Of a stretch of 64,000 nt of DNA, positions 49,143 through 56,513 are shown piece by piece. A program made the position numbers and the translations under genes. The stretch is from Candidatus Saccharimonadaceae bacterium. Lineage in GTDB: Bacteria; Patescibacteriota; Saccharimonadia; Saccharimonadales; Saccharimonadaceae. The DNA lies in the NCBI GenBank assembly GCA_039809125.1, contig JBDHUM010000001.1:14711-78710 (forward strand). Direction: 5' to 3'. Under the pieces are notes generated by a model. The model did not search any database and was not told the DNA's origin. It saw nothing but the letters and a program-made list of their open reading frames with translations. Positions within the stretch are counted from its first letter, which is position 1; each line of letters opens with the position of its first letter.

Positions 49143-50276
49143 TTAGTGTATAGATGACGCTATACTATCGACTACTTTTTCATCAAACGGTGATGGAATA
49201 ATCTCTTCGGTCGTTGGGTTTTTTACGAGACTCGCAAGCGCTTCAGCGGCGGCAAGCTTGTGTGTGTCAGTAATTTTCTTCACCCCATTGTCTAATGCTC
49301 CGCGGAAGATCCCTGGAAATGCCAGGGCGTTATTTACTTGATTCGGAAAATCACTACGGCCGGTGGCGATCACAGCAGCGCCAGCAGCTTTGGCAACATC
49401 AGGCATGATTTCTGGCACTGGGTTTGCAAGGGCAAAAATGATTGGTTGATCCGCCATGTAGCCGACAAACTCAGCGGTCAGTAAACCAGCCTTTGATACA
49501 CCGATGAAAACATCGGCACCGTTCAAGGCGTTTTCTAAGCTGCCTGATTGCGATGCGTCAACAAAAGGTAGCAGAGCCTGTTTTTCGCTATTGAGATCGC
49601 TGCGCGAACTCCCAACAATTCCTTTGCTATCAACCGCAATAATGTTTGTAATGCCGTAAAGATGAAGCAATTTAATAATTGCTGTACCTGCTGCGCCAGC
49701 GCCAATGACGACGACTTTTGATGCTTTAAGATCACGTTTTGTCACCCTTGCAGCATTAATTAATCCGGCGAGCGTTACTATAGCCGTACCATGCTGGTCG
49801 TCGTGAAACACTGGAATATCTAGTTCGTCCTTGAGACGTTGTTCAATCTCAAAACATTTTGGTGCTGCAATATCCTCTAAGTTTATTGCACCAAAGCTTG
49901 AAGCCATTGCCTTTACAGTGGCAACAATCTCATCTGGCGTATGAACGTCTAACACAATCGGCACACTGTCAATACCAGCAAAATGCTTGAAAAGTAACGC
50001 TTTTCCTTCCATAACTGGCATGGCTGCTTTAGGCCCCAAGTCTCCTAAGCCCAGAATCGCCGAACCATCAGATATTACAGCCACTAGATTGTTTGTCCAG
50101 GTGTACGTAGGTAGGGATTCCGGGTTTTCGGCAATTGCCTTACTCACAGCGCCAACGCCGGGGCTGTAGTAGGCACTTAGTTTCGTACGATCGAGGTTGT
50201 CTTCGTCACGTAGTTTTGTGGTAATTTTACCTTTATATTGTTTGTGTAGCTCAAGCGCAAGTTTGTTATAATCCAT
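49143..50276 (-). CDS. NAD(P)-dependent malic enzyme (short form)
   Basis: 'YSPGVGAV', 'VISDGSAILGLGDLG', 'FHDDQHGTA' and 'GAGAAG'. Confidence 0.9.
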   Translation of the reverse strand: MDYNKLALELHKQYKGKITTKLRDEDNLDRTKLSAYYSPGVGAVSKAIAENPESLPTYTWTNNLVAVISDGSAILGLGDLGPKAAMPVMEGKALLFKHFAGIDSVPIVLDVHTPDEIVATVKAMASSFGAINLEDIAAPKCFEIEQRLKDELDIPVFHDDQHGTAIVTLAGLINAARVTKRDLKASKVVVIGAGAAGTAIIKLLHLYGITNIIAVDSKGIVGSSRSDLNSEKQALLPFVDASQSGSLENALNGADVFIGVSKAGLLTAEFVGYMADQPIIFALANPVPEIMPDVAKAAGAAVIATGRSDFPNQVNNALAFPGIFRGALDNGVKKITDTHKLAAAEALASLVKNPTTEEIIPSPFDEKVVDSIASSIH

Positions 50277-50371
50277 GTCTATAGTATAGCTTAGATAGTA
50301 ATATTTGGCATTATCCTTAAGATGTGCTACAATCTAATATTGATTGTTACTAGAAATTGTAAGAGGTGAGA

Positions 50372-50896
50372 ATGAGCTTTGCATTAATTCAGAAGGTCAA
50401 TGACCAGCAAAAAAAGAAACAGGTTGTCGATGCACGCAGTGGTGACACTGTTCGTGTGTATCAAAAAATTCGCGAGGGTAATAAAGAGCGTATCCAGATG
50501 TTTGAAGGTGTGGTAATTCGTACTGACAACAAATCACAGCATACGAGTCGAATCACCGTGCGTAAAGTTGCAAGTGGTGTCGGTGTTGAAAAGTCTTTCT
50601 TGCTCCACAGTCCTCTAGTAGAACGCGTAGAAGTTGTTCGTCGTAGTAAGGTACGCCGAAAATTCTTAAGCTACTTACGTCAACGTAGTGGTAAGTCTGC
50701 TCGCTTATCGGCTGTCGATTTTGATCGTAAATCAGTCAATGATGTGCACGATCCTAAGGCAGAAGCTGAAGCTGAGCGTTTGAAAGAAGAAGCGGCAAAG
50801 GCTGCGGCCGAAAAACAAGCTGAAGCTGAAAAAGCTCAGGCTGAGCTTGATGCAAAAGCTGCCGCTGTTGAAGCAGCACATGAGTCGAACGCATAA
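50372..50896 (+). CDS. rplS: 50S ribosomal protein L19 with an Ala/Glu/Lys-rich C-terminal extension
   Basis: The core aligns with E. coli L19 ('GDTVRV...RIQMFEGVVI...TVRK...GVEKSF..HSP'). A further ~60 aa follow the core. AAGAGGTGAG lies upstream of ATG 50372. Confidence 0.9.
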   Translation: MSFALIQKVNDQQKKKQVVDARSGDTVRVYQKIREGNKERIQMFEGVVIRTDNKSQHTSRITVRKVASGVGVEKSFLLHSPLVERVEVVRRSKVRRKFLSYLRQRSGKSARLSAVDFDRKSVNDVHDPKAEAEAERLKEEAAKAAAEKQAEAEKAQAELDAKAAAVEAAHESNA

Positions 50897-50917
50897 ACTG
50901 CTGTGAAAAAGCACAAC

Positions 50918-50946
50918 AAAAACTCCCTCGTAGGGAGTTTTTGTTT
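50918..50946 (+). terminator. rho-independent terminator after rplS
   Basis: AAAAACTCCCT-cgt-AGGGAGTTTTT, followed by a T-rich tail. Confidence 0.85.
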
Positions 50947-50962
50947 ATACTAGTAAGTATGA
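50945..50962 (+). repeat. 18-nt promoter/start cassette TTATACTAGTAAGTATGA, copy 2
   Basis: Identical to 41144-41161. It precedes rnhB and follows the rplS terminator. Confidence 0.8.
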
Positions 50963-51906
50963 TTCTTGGCATCGATGAAGTTGGACGAGGACCATGGGCT
51001 GGACCACTGGTCGTAGGAGCGGTAGTGCTAAGCGGCGCTAAAATAGAAGGGATCACAGATAGTAAAAAACTGACGAAGAAACAGCGCCAGATACTTGCAA
51101 GCAAGATAAACCACAATGCGGCCGCGGTAGCACTGGGCTGGGTTAGTGCAAGCGAGCTTGATGACTTAGGTATGGCTGAGGCGTTAAAATTAGCAACTCG
51201 CAGAGCTGTAGAGCAAATAGTAGTACCGTATAGTGAGATTATTATTGATGGAACTGTAAATTTTTTAGCAGGTACAGGCAAAGGGCCTTACGTTACGACC
51301 ATGAAAAAAGGTGATCTTTTAGTACCGAGCATTAGCGCAGCATCGATCGTTGCTAAAGTAGCACGTGATCAATTTATGACAGACCAAGATAAGCTATATC
51401 CTGGTTATGGTTTCGCTTCACATGCTGGGTATGGCACTGCTTTACATCGTCAGGCAATCGAACAACTTGGAATTTCACCACTGCACCGACTTAGTTTTGC
51501 GCCCTTGCAAAAATACCGATCACTACAACTGGATAAATCGCAATACAAAAATATTGATCGATCGATCTCTACTCGAACAATAGGTGATGCTAGCGAAACT
51601 GCTGCTTGTGATGAGCTGGTACGCCGCGGCCATGAGATTATTGAGCGTAACTGGAAAACAAAGTTGTGCGAAATAGATATTGTTTCTCGGCAAAATGACA
51701 CAACGTATTTTGTTGAGGTGAAACACCGCCGTAATGATAGGTCTGGTGGCGGTCTCGAGGCAATTACACCCAAAAAATTGAGACAAATGAAATTTGCTGC
51801 CGAACTTTATCGGCACACATATCATTTGCAAACCGATGTTATGCTTTTAGCAGTTGCTACAGCAAGTGAGCCGCCAGTGGTTACCAATGTCTTAAAGATT
51901 TATTAG
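50959..51906 (+). CDS. rnhB: ribonuclease HII fused to a YraN/UPF0102-like endonuclease domain
   Basis: N-terminal 'ILGIDEVGRGPWAGPLV...DSKKL...HRLSFAPL' is RNase HII. C-terminal 'GDASETAACDELVRRGHEIIERNWKTKLCEIDIV...YFVEVKHRR' is YraN-like. Confidence 0.85.
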   Translation: MILGIDEVGRGPWAGPLVVGAVVLSGAKIEGITDSKKLTKKQRQILASKINHNAAAVALGWVSASELDDLGMAEALKLATRRAVEQIVVPYSEIIIDGTVNFLAGTGKGPYVTTMKKGDLLVPSISAASIVAKVARDQFMTDQDKLYPGYGFASHAGYGTALHRQAIEQLGISPLHRLSFAPLQKYRSLQLDKSQYKNIDRSISTRTIGDASETAACDELVRRGHEIIERNWKTKLCEIDIVSRQNDTTYFVEVKHRRNDRSGGGLEAITPKKLRQMKFAAELYRHTYHLQTDVMLLAVATASEPPVVTNVLKIY

Positions 51907-54390
51907 TCTCGTGCGCACAGCTTCGCCATCACGCTCGAGCAGCTTGACTCTTCCATCGATCTCTTTGAGTCCAACGTCGATTGTTCGAGTGAGAGCAGGG
52001 TTTTTCCGTAGGGGAGTAAAGAACAATTCATATTCGTTTTGCTGCAATGAGGTTACGAGTCCATTAGCCGCATAGCGCGGATAGTAGTCGTAGCTTTTGT
52101 CGCCTCCAAAAGTTGCATCAATCCACTTCCATTGGTCACGAATCCATTGCCAGGCTGCTTCACGTGCGTAGCGGTTGCGAATCAAGTAGGCGAACCATCG
52201 ACCGTTATCTTGTGGACGAATAACCGATGTATCAGTCAAGTGATCAATCAGGTAATTTATTTGTGCCGGTTGTCGAACATTGGTAAGACCATCACAGATA
52301 TCTTGTTGCAAATCTGGCGACTGCGAGTGGCGATAGGTTTCAAGAAGATCGCGCACTACGCCTTCGTCTTTAGTGTGGTAGACTTTGCTGCCGATCACGA
52401 GACTACGAATCTCCGAATCAATTGTATCGAGCCCGGCAGTATATAGTGCTTCGGCTTGTGCGATGACGTTACCGTCCTGCGAGTATATCATCATTGCCAG
52501 GATTGTCGAGCGGAGTTTAGTGTCGTGCTCAGGCTCTCCGGCGTTTGCAGACCAGCCGAGGCGATCATACTGGGCCTTTGCTAGCTTGCCGGCAAATTGG
52601 CGCAGTTTTTGCTCTGCTTTAGTATCGTTTTCAACGAATTTCTTCAACTCACCGAAGGCTAAGGCCAACATTGTCCATACATACTCAGAAGACTCGTTGT
52701 TAAAATGAGCTATCAGATCTATCAGTTTGACGCTGGCAACTTTTTCAGCTCGCACCAGTAATGTTTGTTCGTGGAGTAACTGCATTTTGTCGAGGTCACT
52801 AAGATCGTCGCGGTTTAAAATACGAGATAGGTGGTCATCTGAGTAGCTAGTGATAAAATGTGCACTATCCCCCACATTTAACCTCTCATCATCAGCCACC
52901 GGTAGATGGAGTGTTTCGGTTTCTAGTAAGGCTGGCACATCTTCTTTACTTTCAGCATTTAAAGGAATTGGCCAAAGTTTAGTTGATTGTTCGTGTTCAC
53001 CGATAAAAAACTGCTCTTGACTCAATGAATCAGACGCAACCGTCACCACTGGATAGCCAGATTGAGAAATCCAGGTGTTCATAAAGTGAGAGATGTCTTT
53101 ATCGCTCGCATGTGAAAGATGGCGCCATAAATCATCTGCTTCAGTGTTTGCGTAGACAAATTCGCTGAAGTAGCTTTGTAGGCCTTTTTGAAAGGCTTTA
53201 TCACCAATGTATATCTGACACATTCGCATGAGCCGAGCGCCTTTGGCATACACAATTGCACCGTCAAATAGTGATGTAATTTCGTCTGGATGGTGCACGT
53301 CAACCTGCACTGGTTGAACGCCGTCGATAGCGTCGCGTCTTAATGCTAAAACACTCTCATGAGCCGAAAATTCCAACCAAGAGTTCCATTCTGGGTGAAT
53401 TGCATCTACTGCGATATACTCCATCAGTGTTGCAAAACTCTCATTAAGCCAGAGATTATCCCACCATTTCATCGTTACTAAATTACCAAACCACTGATGG
53501 CTGAGCTCGTGACTAATAACTGTGGCAATCAGCTGCTTGTTTGCAACAGTCGTAGTACTTGGGTCGGCTAGCAAGCAGCTTTCACGGTAAGTAATGAGCC
53601 CCCAATTTTCCATTGCAGCCGACGAAAAATCAGGTAAAGCCACATGGTCAGACTTTGGTAACGGGTAGGCAGTCTGAAAATAGTCGTCAAAAAATTCAAT
53701 TGATTTGACTGCGTGGTCAAGTGCAAAATCAAAACTTTCCGCCGATTGGGCTGGCGTTGCCCAAACATTTACTTCAACATTACCTTTTGTGTAGGCAGTT
53801 TTTTTGTGTAAATCACCGTATACCCAAGCGAGGAGGTAGGTACTCATTTTTGGCGTTGTTGCAAAGGTTGTGACTAGCTTGCCGTTTTCTTCGATTTGAG
53901 AAATGTGATGGAGATTACCGAGTACTGTAACTCCTGGTTCGGTTGTTAGTATAACATCGAAGGTCGCCTTGGCTTCTGGCTCATCTATGCATGGAAATGC
54001 TTCGCGCGCATGATGACTCTCAAATTGCGTCGCAATTAGTTCTTTTGCTTCTCCCGCGTGAGTAAATTTGCATGGATACATACCATGCATGGCGTCGGTA
54101 ATGTTGCCATTAAAGCCAACGACGACAATGTGCTCTCCAGGCTGGAGATCATTATGAGTAATCTTTATCGTGTCATTTTTTTCCAGTGAAAACGTAGCCT
54201 TTTTGCCATCAAATGTTACCGACGTTATATCGAGTCCCTTACTGTGGAGGAATATTGCGGCAGCGTCAGGCATTGATGAGCCCGTAATACTGACTGTACC
54301 ACTGAATGATCGGTTGGGACGATCAATATCAAGCGATAAGCGGTAATGGGTAGGTTGAAAAAAACGGTGGATTCTTGTAATTGTCTGCAT
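51892..54390 (-). CDS. pepN: aminopeptidase N (M1 family)
   Basis: 'GAMENWG' and 'HELSHQWFGNLVTMKWWDNLWLNESFA'. I prefer ATG 54390 ('MQTITRIHRF') over the ORF-track start at 54429. Confidence 0.9.
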   Translation of the reverse strand: MQTITRIHRFFQPTHYRLSLDIDRPNRSFSGTVSITGSSMPDAAAIFLHSKGLDITSVTFDGKKATFSLEKNDTIKITHNDLQPGEHIVVVGFNGNITDAMHGMYPCKFTHAGEAKELIATQFESHHAREAFPCIDEPEAKATFDVILTTEPGVTVLGNLHHISQIEENGKLVTTFATTPKMSTYLLAWVYGDLHKKTAYTKGNVEVNVWATPAQSAESFDFALDHAVKSIEFFDDYFQTAYPLPKSDHVALPDFSSAAMENWGLITYRESCLLADPSTTTVANKQLIATVISHELSHQWFGNLVTMKWWDNLWLNESFATLMEYIAVDAIHPEWNSWLEFSAHESVLALRRDAIDGVQPVQVDVHHPDEITSLFDGAIVYAKGARLMRMCQIYIGDKAFQKGLQSYFSEFVYANTEADDLWRHLSHASDKDISHFMNTWISQSGYPVVTVASDSLSQEQFFIGEHEQSTKLWPIPLNAESKEDVPALLETETLHLPVADDERLNVGDSAHFITSYSDDHLSRILNRDDLSDLDKMQLLHEQTLLVRAEKVASVKLIDLIAHFNNESSEYVWTMLALAFGELKKFVENDTKAEQKLRQFAGKLAKAQYDRLGWSANAGEPEHDTKLRSTILAMMIYSQDGNVIAQAEALYTAGLDTIDSEIRSLVIGSKVYHTKDEGVVRDLLETYRHSQSPDLQQDICDGLTNVRQPAQINYLIDHLTDTSVIRPQDNGRWFAYLIRNRYAREAAWQWIRDQWKWIDATFGGDKSYDYYPRYAANGLVTSLQQNEYELFFTPLRKNPALTRTIDVGLKEIDGRVKLLERDGEAVRTRLINL

Positions 54391-54396
54391 AGCTCT

Positions 54397-54406
54397 ATTG
54401 TACAAT
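54397..54406. promoter_or_regulatory. palindromic ATTGTACAAT giving a TACAAT -10 element on both strands
   Basis: On the plus strand, TACAAT is followed by 7 nt and ATG 54414. On the minus strand, TACAAT is followed by 6 nt and ATG 54390 (pepN). Confidence 0.55.
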
Positions 54407-54413
54407 ACTCTAT

Positions 54414-55127
54414 ATGAGAGGGCAGACACGTAAGCGGCGATTTGTAGCAGGCTTTACTTTAGTTGTTGTCGCGCTTGTGCTTATTATTGCTAATCCTAGC
54501 AACTATCGGAATGCACCAAATCTGCCAACGGTACCGCCGCAAACTGATGGCGTATTATTGCCCCAGTTAGCACGTGATAGTCTGGCACGTCTAGCTATAA
54601 AAGGTCGCGCCAGTAACACCGATTATTCACGCAGCCAGTTTGGTGATGGCTGGACGTTGATTGATGGCTGTGATATGCGCAATATTATTCTAAAGCGTGA
54701 CCTGCAGAGTACAGTGATTGATTCTGCTTGCAATATGCAAAGTGGTGTGCTTCACGATCCGTATAGTGGAGCAACTATTGAGTTTCAACGTGGCCCTGCA
54801 ACCAGCCCACTTGTGCAGATAGACCATGTTGTTGCGCTCGGTGATGCTTGGCAAAAGGGTGCTCAAGCCTGGCCACTAACAAAAAGAGTAGAATTTGCAA
54901 ATGATCCACTAGAGCTATTGGCAGTGGCGGGTGTTGCTAATCAGCAAAAATCTAACAGCGATGCTGCATCTTGGCTTCCTTCAAATAAAGCATTTCGGTG
55001 TCAGTATGCTGCAAGACAGATTGCCATCAAGGCTAAGTATGGACTATGGGTTACTCAAGCAGAACATGACAGTTTAGTGCACATACTAGACGCCTGTCCC
55101 GATCAACTGCTGCCTGTACCGCAGTAA
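54414..55127 (+). CDS. membrane-anchored/secreted HNH-type (DUF1524-like) nuclease
   Basis: N-terminal TM/signal anchor. 'DHVVALGDAWQKGAQAW...ANDPLELLAV...NQQKSNSDAASWLP' matches the DUF1524 HNH pattern. Confidence 0.7.
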   Translation: MRGQTRKRRFVAGFTLVVVALVLIIANPSNYRNAPNLPTVPPQTDGVLLPQLARDSLARLAIKGRASNTDYSRSQFGDGWTLIDGCDMRNIILKRDLQSTVIDSACNMQSGVLHDPYSGATIEFQRGPATSPLVQIDHVVALGDAWQKGAQAWPLTKRVEFANDPLELLAVAGVANQQKSNSDAASWLPSNKAFRCQYAARQIAIKAKYGLWVTQAEHDSLVHILDACPDQLLPVPQ

Positions 55128-55197
55128 CTATTTACAGAAACATTTATATGCAGTTTGCATTCGACTGGTGGTATATGATATCATCATAAATGAGTAT

Positions 55198-55220
55198 CCG
55201 GCCGGCAGGTCGGGTTTTTT
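55198..55220 (+). terminator. terminator-like hairpin in the nusA upstream region
   Basis: CCGGCC-ggca-GGTCGG (one G.U pair), then G and T6. It lies 35 nt before the nusA ATG and 70 nt after the preceding stop. Confidence 0.55.
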
Positions 55221-55254
55221 CGTAAAAAATACCGCGAAAAGGAGGAAAGTAACT

Positions 55255-56376
55255 ATGGAAGATCTCAATATCAAACAGTTGACTATGGGCATGAAATTAA
55301 TTGCTGAAGAGAAGAATTTACCTGAAGATACGGTAATGGAGATTATTGAGCAAGCGATTGCGGCTGCCTGGCGTCGAGACAATGGTGAGCGTGATCAAGA
55401 AGTGCGAGCTGAACTCAACTTAAATAATGGCAGCGCCAAGGTATTTGTTGGTCGTGAGGTTGTCGAAGAGGTTGGTAGTCCGGCGCATGAAATTAGTCTG
55501 TCTGATGCCAAAAAAGTTAAAAAAGACGTTGAAATTGGTGATGTAATCGAAGAGGCACATGAAGTGACATCATTTGGCCGTGTAGCAGCCCAAACTGCAA
55601 AACAAGTTGTCTTGCAGCGCTTACGTGAGGCTGAACGTGAAGTTGTGCTTGCCGAGTTTGAAGATAAAATCGGTACTGTTGTGAATGGAACAGTGCAGCG
55701 AGTCGAGCCTCGTTTAGTACGAATCGAGCTTGGAAAGGCAATTGGTATTATGCCATTGAGCGAGCAAATTCAGGGTGAGTTTTATTCGGTTGGTAAACGT
55801 TTAAAGGTTTACATTAAAGATATTGAACGAGAAAATCGTGGTCCACAACTGATTTTGAGCCGTGGCGATACAAAGTTTATTGAATATTTGTTTCGTCAAG
55901 AAGTGCCTGAAATGGAAACTGGTGCAGTTGAAATTAAAGCAATTGCTCGTGAGGCTGGAAGACGCACAAAATTGGCGGTTGCTAGTACAGTAGCCGGTGT
56001 CGACCCGGTGGGTACATTTGTAGGCGGGAGAGGTTCACGTGTTAATGCAGTGATGAGTGAAATTGGTGATCAAGAAAAAATAGACATTATCACTTTTGAT
56101 GAAAACCCGGAAGTTTTCATTCGCAATTCCCTTAGTCCGGCCGAAATCAACAAAATTGAGCTAAATAAGGAAGCGAAGTCAGCTAAGGTGTTTGTTGATG
56201 ATGAACAACAGTCTGTCGCTATTGGTCGAGGCGGTCAAAATGTACGACTCGCCTCGAGACTAACTGGCTATGAGATTGATATTGAAACTGCCAAAGCAGA
56301 GCCTAAGCCTGAGAAAAAAACCAGCAAAAATGTTGAAGATAGCTTGTTCTCGGCAATTGAAGAATCGGGCGAGTAA
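55255..56376 (+). CDS. nusA: transcription termination/antitermination factor NusA
   Basis: N-terminal domain, S1 domain ('GTVVNGTVQRVEP') and two KH domains ('GRGGQNVRLAS'). AAGGAGGA lies 8 nt upstream of ATG 55255. Confidence 0.9.
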   Translation: MEDLNIKQLTMGMKLIAEEKNLPEDTVMEIIEQAIAAAWRRDNGERDQEVRAELNLNNGSAKVFVGREVVEEVGSPAHEISLSDAKKVKKDVEIGDVIEEAHEVTSFGRVAAQTAKQVVLQRLREAEREVVLAEFEDKIGTVVNGTVQRVEPRLVRIELGKAIGIMPLSEQIQGEFYSVGKRLKVYIKDIERENRGPQLILSRGDTKFIEYLFRQEVPEMETGAVEIKAIAREAGRRTKLAVASTVAGVDPVGTFVGGRGSRVNAVMSEIGDQEKIDIITFDENPEVFIRNSLSPAEINKIELNKEAKSAKVFVDDEQQSVAIGRGGQNVRLASRLTGYEIDIETAKAEPKPEKKTSKNVEDSLFSAIEESGE

Positions 56377-56400
56377 AAAAATATATACTACACAGAGTAA

Positions 56401-56432
56401 ATTAGCACTCTATTGACATGAGTGCTAATTTT
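56401..56432 (+). terminator. rho-independent terminator after nusA
   Basis: ATTAGCACTC / GAGTGCTAAT (10 bp, 9-nt loop), followed by TTT. Confidence 0.75.
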
Positions 56433-56440
56433 CCTATAAA
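56413..56440 (+). promoter_or_regulatory. TTGACA-16-TATAAA promoter upstream of clpC, with the -35 element inside the nusA terminator loop
   Basis: TTGACA at 56413-56418, TATAAA at 56435-56440. A second TATAAT lies at 56461-56466. Confidence 0.45.
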
Positions 56441-56513
56441 ATGAAACATGCAATATAGCGTATAATAATTGGTGGTAGCCATAAACGTTATGACGGAGGA
56501 AAAGCAAAACAGT

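Noticed and set aside
50277-50371. Structured L19-leader RNA upstream of rplS
   Set aside because: With the -10 element TGcTACAAT at ~50322-50330, the leader is only ~35 nt. It shows no convincing helix resembling the Firmicute L19 leader.
50754-51281. 175-aa minus-strand ORF spanning the rplS 3' end, its terminator and the rnhB 5' end
   Set aside because: It is antisense to two well-supported genes and runs straight through a strong terminator hairpin. Its Ala/Leu/Ser/Pro-rich product is what the reverse complement of the GCTGAA-rich L19 tail would give.
55168-55254. 29-aa N-terminal extension of nusA in the ORF track. Similar long starts are given for rpiB (25028), uvrB (32334), dnaE (41470), pilB (45657), rnhB (50941), pepN (54429) and clpC (56469).
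   Set aside because: The extensions do not match the conserved N-termini of these families. They also cover promoter, SD or terminator-like sequence, and the internal ATGs have proper -10 or SD signals.
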